From a virus (Duplodnaviria; Caudoviricetes), in the IMG/VR virus record IMGVR_UViG_3300012948_000295, positions 1 through 55,645 of that record: a DNA stretch of 55,645 nt. One strand, written 5' to 3'. Of the stretch, positions 20,201 to 29,537 are shown piece by piece. The notes beneath the pieces were generated by a model. It did no database searches. It saw only the letters and a list, made by a program, of their open reading frames with translations, and was not told the origin of the DNA. The position numbers were made by a program, and so were the translations under genes. The stretch's first letter is position 1; each line of letters opens with the position of its first letter.

Positions 20201-20303
20201 GAATGAGCGAGAGTGCCAGAGCGGGATTAACCCCAGCCGCCAGAGCTTCCCGCACGACGACGCCTTCAAGGGGCGAGAGCGAGAGGGTTTGTGCTTCCGC
20301 CAC
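17265..20303 (-). CDS. Large DNA ejection/internal virion protein with N-terminal lytic transglycosylase (SLT) domain
   Basis: LIHQESGFDPSAQSPTGVQGLAQV..ALMQYNGG; third ejection-gene position. Confidence 0.85.
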   Translation of the reverse strand: MAEAQTLSLSPLEGVVVREALAAGVNPALALSLIHQESGFDPSAQSPTGVQGLAQVTNATGAAYGQTPQTRTDPQVSARAGLQHFRQLLDANRGDVGAALMQYNGGSDPNFTQNVLQHYPRYAHLAGLRPGPPAQQVAQAQPASSPYDAVNALLPSGSQAPAPTGTPQEGSPYDAVNALLPAEPEKYGEGSVTATIEGAGDASPPVASQASQVEPLRPIPPETFREATGVGGGPKQLAAEAVQIAGGMGGAALGSLVGFPTVGAAAGGIAANWLNKGLELTQPEQPLMHVGPVPINLSDVAAVAIPGLFKGAETAGLRYLRQGPAAQAVRTAEQQTFEAQQAWQKSVDALRDARQKGDAAAYAAALKEAKSRQRDYARSMQDYTKTNVAEQRAFEAGEALKQKEYAGELKDYTKETAAGEATYQKQVGEYGTAWEKQQAFDRAQQAQQEAATRLESFPEQYKPQAPARTPNDVRLDMARLEQGGAASEAVLRRLGAPDVATASRMLADEGGALYAQTGSMGTKPQPAVRPAVPVVGREPQMPTGEPAQELQAAIKELGGISLGKEPELGTEFYHIISKREGGKETARLLNQNGLTPDQMAEELMQRGYDIHDKGSLLDAVRASVEEGRPVYSTHATLEAPQFHAMAEAPQVSVGGKGRLSSQMYQRYFDIAGGASVDQSPVQEAIAGMQKRLEYADPKFQTLVGNIAKEGPGSTGKQAYENIKALGPYTRSGNRATREAANELFGKFYDSLGESIPDQLPLLQQAHGVWKQEQGVNEMHRILENRGRGGVMRQDDQGRLMVDIAGVLNKLTSKDVLRWFPPEEQAAIRADVASFAGTPAMPRGTRPQLPVAPVAPTPGIAPVAPIPGTPPVPGLPPPRPPAVQVPGQGPLVLPPVPPALEPTLGARPQFNPLTALLELGGAAGAQHIPVIGPMFGHLPIAAVVAKEAIPQVNYLLSQAFLSPTLRPWLLGAIDRTGGILTPEIVGGLSGALGAMRERLRQKSTDAADGPVDR

Positions 20304-22174
20304 TAATAGCTCCTCTCGATATGGCGCCCGATAAAGTTCTGCTCTGGGTGATCTTGTTCATAAAGCGCCCTGAGCTGATTTCTGGTAACGCTAGGGCGTG
20401 TCTTTTTGGCGTTTTGATATTCTTTTTCAAACTCAGCTTCTGACATTGTAGGCCGCACTGGGTATGGTGTCAGCGTTGTATGCCCTGGCGCCGCACTCAG
20501 CACTTTGTTGTACTCACCAAGATCCTGATACGCTTTGCGCCTGAGTGAGTCCACAAGGGTTTTGGCCACTTTTCTTGTGGGCACGTCGGCCATGCCCCCA
20601 GCTTGCTGGTCTAAAAACTTCATTTCTGATTCATTAGCCCGAATGGTTTGAGAGCCCATCGAGTCAGTCACGAGACGGCTGGCCAGGCTCTTAAATTCTC
20701 GCACTTTGGCAATTGCTTGCTCGGTCGTAATCCCCATCTGTTGCGCGATCTTCGCAACCGCCCCAGAGTCAAGCTTCGATTCAACCACTCCTTCGGGATA
20801 GCCCGAGCGAATCAGTTTATCCATCGCATCGAGCGTATGCAGCACACGCACCGCAGCTTGTGCCCTGCCCGTAAGCGGATCAATCTGTTTTTGCCAGGCT
20901 TCCATGGTGCGCGCTTGTTCTTGCTGGTACATCGCTGGCGTACTCAGTGCGGATTCTGCGGGTGACGCCTGTGACTGTGGCCCTGGAGCAGGAGGAGTAG
21001 CGCCTGCCCCAGGAACAGCCACGCCCCCAGTGGAGGGAGGAGGCGCAGTTTGTGGTGCTTGCGGAGCCGCGTAGCCGGGAATCTGAGGAGCCGCTGGCGG
21101 CACCTGGACACGTCGCCCTTGGGGCTGCACCCCTGGAGGGACCAGCTCGGGCACCCACACGGGGGTATTCCCAGAGTACATCCACTGGCCTTTGCCTGCT
21201 TCCATCGGTTGCGCCACGCCCCCCGCTGGACCTGGCAGAGGATGCGCAGCCCCGCCAAAGCGACTACTGGAAACAATCCCGCCTGGCGTGGGTGTCAGGA
21301 CTTGCTCTGTCCCTAAGCGCTGCTCAGCCCTGGCTTCGGTGCCTGCCCGCTGGCGCCCCGTGCGGGATTCAAACTCTTGAGTCTGGGCTTGATGCTCTTT
21401 GGTTTGCGCTTCCATAAATTTAATCGCATCTGCTGCCCTCTCTTCTGCTGTTCTCGCACTCGTAGCCAGCGCCCCAAGCCTGCCGGGATCATACTGGCGT
21501 GGTAATTGCTCGACACCTGGAAGCCCCCAGTGAGTTAACATGCCCAGCGTTTGCTGATAGGCGCCTGGACGCGCCGCTACTGGGAGGTCCTGAATTGCTG
21601 AGAGCTGCTGCGCAATCATCCCCATAGCTTCTTTTTGCATGGTAAATTGCTGCTTGCGCTGCTCCAAGTGCATCTGGTCGAGTTCCATCATGGGCTTTAA
21701 GAACCGCTCTGCCATGAGCGGATAGCGCGACAGGAGCGACTGATAGAGGTTCCGACGCTGCGTGATTTCGTCCATGGTCGATTGATCAATCTGAGGCGTC
21801 TCTTGGGGTTGCGCCAGCCCCGCAGAGGACGGCTCAGAGACTGGCGCGGCCTGACCCTGTACACCAGGCCCCCCTGGCGGCCACGAGCCGCCAACCGGGA
21901 GTGGTTCTTGGACAATCGGTCCTGGTGCTGGCGTAGGTGCTGGCGCCGTGGGCTGTGGCAGTTGCCCTGTCGTGTTCCTCGACAAGTCGGCCAGTCCTTG
22001 CAAGCCACCGCCTTGCAAGAAGCGTTGGTACTCCCCCATCTGGTAGCGCAGTTGTTGCGCTTGCAGCTCACGCATAGCAGCTTGTTGCTGCATATCCCTA
22101 AGCTGTGCCAGTTTGAGCATCTGGTCAGCCGGATTCGAGGGCGGAACCTGAATACTGAGTGGAATCGTTGCCAC
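20303..22174 (-). CDS. DNA ejection protein (gp20-like position)
   Basis: Q/A/P-rich helical protein between gp7-like and SLT proteins. Confidence 0.7.
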   Translation of the reverse strand: MATIPLSIQVPPSNPADQMLKLAQLRDMQQQAAMRELQAQQLRYQMGEYQRFLQGGGLQGLADLSRNTTGQLPQPTAPAPTPAPGPIVQEPLPVGGSWPPGGPGVQGQAAPVSEPSSAGLAQPQETPQIDQSTMDEITQRRNLYQSLLSRYPLMAERFLKPMMELDQMHLEQRKQQFTMQKEAMGMIAQQLSAIQDLPVAARPGAYQQTLGMLTHWGLPGVEQLPRQYDPGRLGALATSARTAEERAADAIKFMEAQTKEHQAQTQEFESRTGRQRAGTEARAEQRLGTEQVLTPTPGGIVSSSRFGGAAHPLPGPAGGVAQPMEAGKGQWMYSGNTPVWVPELVPPGVQPQGRRVQVPPAAPQIPGYAAPQAPQTAPPPSTGGVAVPGAGATPPAPGPQSQASPAESALSTPAMYQQEQARTMEAWQKQIDPLTGRAQAAVRVLHTLDAMDKLIRSGYPEGVVESKLDSGAVAKIAQQMGITTEQAIAKVREFKSLASRLVTDSMGSQTIRANESEMKFLDQQAGGMADVPTRKVAKTLVDSLRRKAYQDLGEYNKVLSAAPGHTTLTPYPVRPTMSEAEFEKEYQNAKKTRPSVTRNQLRALYEQDHPEQNFIGRHIERSY

Positions 22175-22186
22175 ACGCTACCCCTG

Positions 22187-23374
22187 TTAGAGCCATCCTC
22201 CGAGATTGCCCATCCCTGGCACACTACCAATACTCGATCCAGCATTTTGCATATTCTGTAAGGCTTGCAGCCAGGCATTGGTTGACCCCGCAATGCCCCC
22301 AGCTTGCGCTGTCCCCACCCCGGCCACAAACGGCGCAGCCCCTTGCAAGTATTGCATGGTCAAATTGGCCGCGTTCTGGCTTTGCGTCGCCCCCATCCCG
22401 GCCAGATTCGCCAACTCGTTATAGCGCTGCTGCCTGGCCTGTTGATTCACCTGAAACTCTTGCAAGGCACGTTGATACTGGTCTTGATTTTGCTGATACG
22501 CACGCCCGTAGCCAAGCTGATTGCGTTGCATTTCCTGCCCAAACGCGGTCCCTTGCTCTTGCATAACCCGGTTCCAGTAATCTTGATTGGCCTGGTAATC
22601 ACGCTGATAGCCGAGTTGATTCTCCTGGAGCCCACGCCCATACGCAAGCTGATTCGTTTCAAGCCCACGCTGATAGGCAAGCTGGTTCACGTCAAGACCG
22701 CGCCCATAAGCAAGCTGATTCTCGCCAAGGGCTCGCCCGTAGGCCAGTTGATTTTGCCCCAAAGCGCGATTATAGGCAGCGTCATATTCCTGACTGGCAA
22801 GCCCTTGGCCGTACTGCTGTCCAGCTTTCATCTGTCCCCCGCTAAACATTTGGCCAGCAGCCGCTCCTTGCTGATTCAGCGCTTTCATGCCCTGCTGCAG
22901 CCGAAATTGATAGCCAGGGTCTTGTTGCAACACTTGCTGAGGATTGGGCGCCCCAAAAGCGTACTGCTGGCCACTAAAGTTATAGGGCTGCTGCGAAAAG
23001 GCGTAGGGTTGAGCGCTAAACTGATACGGTGCACCACTAAACTGGTAGCCTTGAGGATTTAAATAGTTTTGCGAAGCGTCCGGCAAGGGTATGGGCGTCT
23101 GAAATCCGTACTGGTACGGGTCAAGCGCCCCTTGCCCCTGAAAGCTGGGCATGGGGATAGAGGCTTGCCCTTCGAGATTCTGCAAACCTGTGTGTCCGGC
23201 TGTTCGGTACGGCGCCCCGAAATCCAGCGCATTCCCGTAATAACCCTGATAGAGATTAGCAGCCGCTTGTTGTCCGGCTTGTTGCGCACCCGCCGCTTGC
23301 CTGGCTCCGTGTGAGCCTATCGCCCCCTGAATAGGCGACATGGCTAACCCCAATACGCCACCAAGAAAGCCCAT
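22187..23374 (-). CDS. DNA transfer/ejection protein (gp7-like)
   Basis: Gly-rich N-terminus; DPGYQFRLQQG..SGGQMKA..YGQGLASQEY motif. Confidence 0.85.
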   Translation of the reverse strand: MGFLGGVLGLAMSPIQGAIGSHGARQAAGAQQAGQQAAANLYQGYYGNALDFGAPYRTAGHTGLQNLEGQASIPMPSFQGQGALDPYQYGFQTPIPLPDASQNYLNPQGYQFSGAPYQFSAQPYAFSQQPYNFSGQQYAFGAPNPQQVLQQDPGYQFRLQQGMKALNQQGAAAGQMFSGGQMKAGQQYGQGLASQEYDAAYNRALGQNQLAYGRALGENQLAYGRGLDVNQLAYQRGLETNQLAYGRGLQENQLGYQRDYQANQDYWNRVMQEQGTAFGQEMQRNQLGYGRAYQQNQDQYQRALQEFQVNQQARQQRYNELANLAGMGATQSQNAANLTMQYLQGAAPFVAGVGTAQAGGIAGSTNAWLQALQNMQNAGSSIGSVPGMGNLGGWL

Positions 23375-23384
23375 ATGCTACCCC

Positions 23385-23708
23385 CTATGCCGCCAATTGG
23401 CGCCAAAAGTGCAGGGTGACCGGCGACCACACCCCGGCCTTACTATCCGCTTCAAGCGTCGCCATGACCGTGGGCGTAAACGCGACATGATGAAAGCGAC
23501 TGAGCGCGCCCAGAAACGCTGTCGTCACAGGTGACCACAGGCCGCGCCGCAAGTCTTCAGCCAGGACAATTACCACCGTGGCCGGAAATCCCACCCCGGC
23601 TGCGTCGGCTAACTGTCTCAAGAAATGGACTGTTAAGCGTGACCACTGCCCAGACTTAAACTCCCGTTGCAGCGTGGAAACAACCGTAGGTGAGAGTGCT
23701 GCACTCAT
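23385..23708 (-). CDS. Small protein with three internal ~36-aa repeats
   Basis: TV...L......G.WS..T..F...L three times. Confidence 0.65.
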   Translation of the reverse strand: MSAALSPTVVSTLQREFKSGQWSRLTVHFLRQLADAAGVGFPATVVIVLAEDLRRGLWSPVTTAFLGALSRFHHVAFTPTVMATLEADSKAGVWSPVTLHFWRQLAA

Positions 23709-25147
23709 ACCCCTAACACCTCAACTTCTGTCACGGCGCCCAGGATAACCCGCTTCACAGGATCGCTAATCCGTATCCGACACCGCCTGTCATACGCAGA
23801 GCCTAAGCGTGCCCACTGGACCCGTGTGGAAGTCTGGCCAATTTTCCCAATGCTCCTGGGCCGCTCGACTCCCCACGTGTGGCCACTATCGTTACTGAGC
23901 TGAAGGACCAATTGGGGATTCGTGCCAACTGTCGGGCTCGCGTCTAAGCCTACGCCTGTTTCTGCGTCAATTTGTAAGTACGATTGCAGCACACGATCCA
24001 GCGTCTGCGTATCAAAAAACGGTGGCAGTGTCGCTTCAAAGACAAGAGGGTCGCTCGCATCCGTATATGCCTGAGAGTCGAGCTGGTAGAGCCGGTTGTT
24101 GATATAATCCCCTACCAGATGCCTCCCAAACGCATACGTATAGGCATTCGCCCTATGCCTGGTAAACGTGCCACTGGCTGGCTGGAGATAGGCGCGCTCA
24201 TGCCACAGCCCCATAGCGAGGTCATAGACCCACGTATGCCCCGCCGTAGGAAAGGTCAGCCAGTAAAACAAGTGCCCGTCTTGCTGCTGTCCCCACCCTA
24301 TGGCATCACTCACCGTGGCATAGGTTTGGAGCGCACTAGCCACACTATACGTGGAAATGGGGAGCGCCTGGTAGCCTTGTGCCATCACCACCATTCTCTC
24401 GCCTTGATCGTTCGCTGAGAGCCACACAATCGCATCCCCAACGCGAGCTGGTGACTGCGGGGCAGCGCAGCCTTGTTGCACAAACGCGCCCTCAATACGC
24501 TGAAACGGATTGTTTAAATTGCCCGAATCAAACCACACTTCCGTACTCAGCGTGCCAAAGAGCCAGATTTCGCGTCTGACTACGAGTAAGCTCACCAAAT
24601 TGTCTGGGGAGCCCTCGACACTGGCAAAATTGAGGGCATCAAACACCGTCGAACTGACGTTCGTCCAGTAAAACTGCTGCGTCCCTGGCCGATTAAACAC
24701 CATGTACTGATCAATAAACCCAACCCGGTTCGCCCCAAAGAAGTTGGGGTCACTGATTTGCGCGAGCACGTTCGTGCTAAACGGCATCATATAGCCCGAG
24801 GGGCCATCGACAAGAAAGAGCACAGAACCGTTATCGTCAAAATCCACGGGGCCTGAATAGGAGTTGAGATTGCCCCTCGATACTGTCGAGCCATCGGCCA
24901 TAATTTCTGAGAGCACTTGCGCTGAGACAGCAAAACAGCGACCGTTTGACGCTGTAAACGCGCCCCTGACAGGGCCTGCCCCCGCGAGGCCAGCAAAGAG
25001 CGTGAGCCCAGGCGTGCCGTACAGCGCCACCGCCGTTTTGCCCTGTTTCGAGTCTTCAATTTCGGCGTAGCCATTGACCAGACGCAAATTGCTTACGTTG
25101 CTACTCTTTGGTGTGGCAGACTGACCCACCCAGGCAATACGCGGCAT
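23705..25147 (-). CDS. Packaged-DNA stabilisation/tail protein, P22 gp10-like
   Basis: LYGTPGL, FASVEGSPD, TWVYD..WHER, WARLG..RIRISDPVK. Confidence 0.92.
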   Translation of the reverse strand: MPRIAWVGQSATPKSSNVSNLRLVNGYAEIEDSKQGKTAVALYGTPGLTLFAGLAGAGPVRGAFTASNGRCFAVSAQVLSEIMADGSTVSRGNLNSYSGPVDFDDNGSVLFLVDGPSGYMMPFSTNVLAQISDPNFFGANRVGFIDQYMVFNRPGTQQFYWTNVSSTVFDALNFASVEGSPDNLVSLLVVRREIWLFGTLSTEVWFDSGNLNNPFQRIEGAFVQQGCAAPQSPARVGDAIVWLSANDQGERMVVMAQGYQALPISTYSVASALQTYATVSDAIGWGQQQDGHLFYWLTFPTAGHTWVYDLAMGLWHERAYLQPASGTFTRHRANAYTYAFGRHLVGDYINNRLYQLDSQAYTDASDPLVFEATLPPFFDTQTLDRVLQSYLQIDAETGVGLDASPTVGTNPQLVLQLSNDSGHTWGVERPRSIGKIGQTSTRVQWARLGSAYDRRCRIRISDPVKRVILGAVTEVEVLGV

Positions 25148-25149
25148 AC

Positions 25150-25353
25150 CTATCTCCCGCTTTGTGGCGTGGGCGTGGGCGTTGGTGTCTCAGGCGCCGT
25201 GGGATGTGTCGGCTCTCCCGGCACGGGAGGGACAATAGGATGCTCTGGTGTCCCCTCATCCGGTTCTTCTATAGGGTGCGTGGGCTCTCCAGGACCTGGA
25301 GCCGTGGGATGCTCTGGATGCTCTGGATGCTCTGGATGCGTTGGCTGTGCCAT
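25150..25353 (-). CDS. Small Pro/His/Glu-rich (PEHP/PTHP) protein; start may extend to 25518
   Basis: HPEHPEHPEHP..EPTHPI; GGAG RBS. Confidence 0.55.
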   Translation of the reverse strand: MAQPTHPEHPEHPEHPTAPGPGEPTHPIEEPDEGTPEHPIVPPVPGEPTHPTAPETPTPTPTPQSGR

Positions 25354-25517
25354 GTTTCTATGCTCCATGTCTATAACCCATTTGAGGCGCCAATCGCCAC
25401 AGGTGCAGGGCGTCCCAGGATAGATCGTCAGGCAGTAGCGCCCCATGTCTGGATCGCCATGCGAAAAATAGGGGATGCGGCTATCATCCACAATCCGCAA
25501 CACCACCTCACCCAGCA

Positions 25518-26234
25518 TTACCGAAAGCCTCCATGCTGTATCCAGTTGGGGTCCGTTACCCCAGCCCCTGGCAGTCGTGGATCTGTAATTGCTATGACTG
25601 GCCGATGATTGACTTTTGCAAGCGCGTTCTCTGTTCTCCGCCAATCGTCCATAAATTCAGCACTGAGGGTGCGCCCGTATTCTGGCGCTAAGCGCTTGCC
25701 CAGCGCATAGACCAGACCATCAGCATAACTGGGCGGAAACGATAGCAGGTCTGTGACCGCGCTAAATGCCGAAAACGGCATGTCGACCTGCACATGCAAT
25801 TCCCCCGCCGCCGCAGGTATGGGATAAAACGTAATCACCCCCAGGGGAAAGGCCGGATCGTAGTAGAGCACCGTGGGCCAGAACGTTTGCAGGCTTTTGA
25901 GCCCGATATTGGCGTACTGGTCCGCGTAAAATATATCTATCGGGTAATCAATCGTGCCAATCTTGAAATACGCCTCACGAATCGCCAGCGGCCGCGCTAT
26001 GGGAATATCCCCCCCAGGGCCAATAGTCAGGCTAGGAACCCCTGGCGTCACCGTTTTGGTCGCAGCCAGGCGCCGAAAGACGAGCCGACGCTGCGCCGTC
26101 CAGGTTTCGAGCATACGGTTGAGTTCGTCAATCGCGTCTTGCGCTTCGTCCGCTTCGGGCGCTTCCCCCGAAGGATGCACGCCAATTTTGCGCAAACTCG
26201 CCGTAATAAGATCGAGTACTGTGCTGGTTGCCAC
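25518..26234 (-). CDS. Head completion protein, P22 gp4-like
   Basis: DLITASLRKIGV..GE.P.ADEAQDAI..LN.ML..W; LAPEYG. Confidence 0.88.
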   Translation of the reverse strand: MATSTVLDLITASLRKIGVHPSGEAPEADEAQDAIDELNRMLETWTAQRRLVFRRLAATKTVTPGVPSLTIGPGGDIPIARPLAIREAYFKIGTIDYPIDIFYADQYANIGLKSLQTFWPTVLYYDPAFPLGVITFYPIPAAAGELHVQVDMPFSAFSAVTDLLSFPPSYADGLVYALGKRLAPEYGRTLSAEFMDDWRRTENALAKVNHRPVIAITDPRLPGAGVTDPNWIQHGGFR

Positions 26235-26237
26235 TCT

Positions 26238-26507
26238 TTAGACATACCCCCGGAGTCGCCCAAATCCCTCGCACTCTTGTTGCTGCGCCAGCGGCACGCG
26301 CAGAGCCGCCCTCATGAAGCAATCCCGCGCTTCCAGCAGCTTTCTGAGCCCCATTGTCACCTCTGGCGCAGCAATAGGATCTGCACTATCAAGCAGTGCG
26401 GCCATCTCAAAGCCTATATCGCCCACGCGCCGCGAAATCTTTTGGAGATAAGGCGGATAAAGATTCGACGCAAACAGCTCTAAGAGATGCACAGAGTCAA
26501 TATTCAT
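26238..26507 (-). CDS. Conserved small helical phage protein
   Basis: PEVTMGLRKLLEARDCFMRA motif; start overlaps upstream stop. Confidence 0.65.
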   Translation of the reverse strand: MNIDSVHLLELFASNLYPPYLQKISRRVGDIGFEMAALLDSADPIAAPEVTMGLRKLLEARDCFMRAALRVPLAQQQECEGFGRLRGYV

Positions 26508-26848
26508 ATCCCGCGCCCGCGCCTGCTCCTGGCTGCTTCCTCTTCCAGCGCTGCCACACTCTGTTGCGCTTCCTGTGGCGGGGTTGGCTCCGGCGCTTTG
26601 GCTGTTTGCGGGGCCACGTAGCCCGCCCCGTAAAAGCCACCCGCGACTGCTTGCGGCGCCGCTGGACACGTTTCGACGCCGTATTCAGCAGGAGATTCAT
26701 GCCAGTCTTTCCCGGCCGCTTGCTGTTCTTCCTTGCTGTGGACCACCATAATTTGCCCATTTGGATTAAACAGCATTTTGGGGTAATCCTGGTGAATATA
26801 CTCTTGCCCCTGTGGATAATCTGTGTAGACATAACTTTCCGTTGCCAT
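26504..26848 (-). CDS. Conserved small protein downstream of coat gene
   Basis: YPKMLF..VVHSKEEQQAAG.DW..SP; GAGGTG RBS. Confidence 0.7.
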   Translation of the reverse strand: MATESYVYTDYPQGQEYIHQDYPKMLFNPNGQIMVVHSKEEQQAAGKDWHESPAEYGVETCPAAPQAVAGGFYGAGYVAPQTAKAPEPTPPQEAQQSVAALEEEAARSRRGRGI

Positions 26849-26858
26849 CGCTTCACCT

Positions 26859-27452
26859 CTAGGTTACATGTCGCCAAATCTTCCCCGTGCGTATCTCGGA
26901 AATTGTCGCTTCTGATACGCCCTTATCCTGAGCCAAAAACTTGCCGGGAAGCTTGCTAGCCCGAATCTCCCGGATATCATCAGGCGTAAGAATGCTCTGG
27001 CGATGCCCAGGCCGTCTATAGCCACGACCAGAACTATACATATCGTTAATATTCTGTGTCTGTGTTCCCACATACAAATGCTCAGGGTTCACGCATGACG
27101 GGTTGTCGCATTTGTGCAAAATATTCCTATCTATAGGAATACCACTTGCGCCACTAAAAAGTAGCCAACTTAAACGATGCGCCAGTGTTGGCGAATCCTT
27201 GATATTCAAGCGGCCATACCCGTTTTTATCTTTTGACCCGATCCACAGCCAGCATGTGTCTGTCTTTTTGACATACTTTAAGAACCGCTCCCGTACGGAA
27301 AGCCCATGCCATTGCTGCTGCTTTTGTGCCAACGGATCACCATACAACTCCATGGCCCGTGCATGTGACCGACAATAGCCCGTTGTGCGATATTGCTCTT
27401 TCTCACACATCACCACGCCACAAAGTCCTTTTACTTGCTTCCGTTTCATCAT
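26859..27452 (-). CDS. Free-standing HNH endonuclease (HNH_3 type)
   Basis: CWLWIG..GYG..AHRLSW..LHKCDNPSCVNPEHL..GT..QN..DM; C-terminal HTH. Confidence 0.92.
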   Translation of the reverse strand: MMKRKQVKGLCGVVMCEKEQYRTTGYCRSHARAMELYGDPLAQKQQQWHGLSVRERFLKYVKKTDTCWLWIGSKDKNGYGRLNIKDSPTLAHRLSWLLFSGASGIPIDRNILHKCDNPSCVNPEHLYVGTQTQNINDMYSSGRGYRRPGHRQSILTPDDIREIRASKLPGKFLAQDKGVSEATISEIRTGKIWRHVT

Positions 27453-27534
27453 CTTCCTCCACGATAAAAGATGGTGTCATGCAACAAAACACCATATTTT
27501 ACCATGGAGTTTTTACCATGGCTAGTCAATTAAA

Positions 27535-28682
27535 CTACCCAGCAATGGCGCACGACATCTCCGGAAGCAAGGGAGCCCATCCGTATAAAACGTCAAACCG
27601 TGCAGGTATCGTATCCGTCGAAATCGCGTACTGACGTACCATCCTGATACTAAGCCCCAGTTGCTTATCGCTGACCCGCCCGCTAAAATGCACGCCCTCT
27701 GGTAACTCTAAATCGGCCATACCCAGCACAAAGGCATCCCGGTGATAGCCAATATTCCTGGGAGATACGGTATTGGCCGTGCCGACGACCGTAATGGGCG
27801 CCCCGGCAGCAGGCCGCGCGGTCACGTTCTGAAACTGCCCGCCGCCAATAATCGCTGGTCGGACGCGGACTGTGGCGTTCCCCGACACATCAGAAGATAC
27901 GTTCCCTTCGGTCGTGGACGACACCACAAACGTGCGCAAGCGTCCAACACTGGCGCGGTTTCTTGGGTTCACTGCCGTTACCCCCGCTATCGTGATAATA
28001 TCGCCAACGTTGAGCCGGGTTGCTGCAGCAGCCGTCCAACCGCTGGTTGCTACGTCAGTAAAATCGGCCCAGCCTACGATAATCCCCTGGTTGGCGCCTA
28101 ACGTCTGGGGCGTCCCCCCCAGCGGTCCTGTCGTATGCACGGCAATATTCTGATCTTCCGCCCATTTAAAGCCCAGGGCCCGGCCCATCAGCCCTTGCAT
28201 ATACTGCTCGCCGATTTCGTCACTCTGCTGGAATAAACCCTTGAGCGCATCAACAATCGTCGCCATAGCAAGAGGCTCTAAGATCATCGACCTGAGGCCG
28301 TCTCTCGGCGTTCCCTCCTGGCTCATATACGCCCCGGCTGTCGCATAGGTGAGAAGGGCATTAGGCGTAGCCCCAGGAGTACCCACAACGTTAGCGGTCC
28401 GGTTTTTAGCCATCAGCAAACCATCCGCATCGATTTTATTGGCGATTTCTGCAATGGCAGGCGCAAGCACGCGCTCAGAAAAGTCTTGCAGATTGAGCGT
28501 GAGTTCTTGCGTGGTAAACGTCACGTCCACATGAAACTGGGTATTAAGCGATAGCGACCGACTCACTTCGGTCTGATCTTCAACACTCAGCGCCGCGCCT
28601 GTCGTACCAACGTACCTGGCAGGCAGACGCATGTTGATTGTATTGCCGACTTTGGCGCCACCGAGCATAAATTTATCATCGT
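27535..28682 (-). CDS. Major capsid protein (P22 coat-like), exon 2
   Basis: GAKVGNTINMRLP, DFSERVLAPA, RFDVLYGW; joins exon 1 as ..NRQ-Y-DDKFMLGGAK. Confidence 0.93.
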
Positions 28683-29426
28683 CCTATATGTTCTATGCGG
28701 CTCGCTACTTCCGCACACGCCTTCGTAACAAGGCTGCTGCATCTTTCAATGCAGAGCAGACTATCTCTTCATCCCCCGAACGTGGGGAGCTGGGCGCTTC
28801 GAGACGCTTGTCTCTACTGGCATCGCTGCCATAGTCGTTACACGTTCCTTGATGGGGACAGATACCCTGATTCATACGCTTGCCGTGCTGGCAATTCATG
28901 CAGAGCACCTGATAGCCCGGAGGAAAATCCTGACGAAAGAGCACCGTATAGGTTTGATACCCCGCCGATGTCCGTTTTCCGCCTATTTTCCGCCGCTCTT
29001 CTGCCCCGTTGTTCTCGACATGATCGAGCGTCAGGAACAGTCGTTCTGTTTCCCCACAGCATGCACACTGCCAACCACCATATGCCTGGAAGGTCGCTTC
29101 CTTGATCACCGCACGACGCCAGAACATGTATTCCCGCTCTTGCGCACGTGCCGCGAGAAGTCTTTTTTGCCGATTCTCGTGGGTACGCTGTCTCCGGCAT
29201 GGCTTGCATGGCGACAGACATTTGCCACGTCGATTGACGTAAAAATCCTTCTCGATGTTCCTGGGATGGCCACATTGTCTGCATACTTTCTTCAAGGCTT
29301 CGCTCGGGATTGTCATAGGTACCCCCATAGTTAATTGACATACTATGGTAAGTTTACCCTTAGAGTTCCCCCGATTTCACCCAGTTTTTCACCTGACAAT
29401 TACTCGTCAGGGCAGCATGTATGTCT
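28683..29426 (-). ncRNA. Group I intron (744 nt) in the coat gene
   Basis: 5' exon ends in U, intron ends in G; P1 GGCAGU/GCUGCC with U-G pair; P4 UCGGG/CCCGA; P3 CUGGG/CCCAG; P7 GACUA/UAGUC; splicing restores the frame. Confidence 0.92.
28705..29328 (-). CDS. Intron-encoded HNH homing endonuclease
   Basis: CACCGE..LTLDHVENNG..QVLCMNC..CPH; lies mainly between Q and R elements. Confidence 0.88.
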   Translation of the reverse strand: MGVPMTIPSEALKKVCRQCGHPRNIEKDFYVNRRGKCLSPCKPCRRQRTHENRQKRLLAARAQEREYMFWRRAVIKEATFQAYGGWQCACCGETERLFLTLDHVENNGAEERRKIGGKRTSAGYQTYTVLFRQDFPPGYQVLCMNCQHGKRMNQGICPHQGTCNDYGSDASRDKRLEAPSSPRSGDEEIVCSALKDAAALLRRRVRK

Positions 29427-29523
29427 ACTGCCTATTGACCCCTTTACTAAAAGCCAGGTTGTTATAAAGTATCCGCGCGGCTTCCCGCGTTACTTGCGTT
29501 GGCGTGAGTATCGTATTGGCCAC
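29427..29523 (-). CDS. Major capsid protein, exon 1
   Basis: GTG start with GGGAG RBS; MANTILTPTQVTREAARILYNNLAFSKGVNRQ. Confidence 0.9.
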
Positions 29524-29537
29524 AGGCTATGTGCTCC

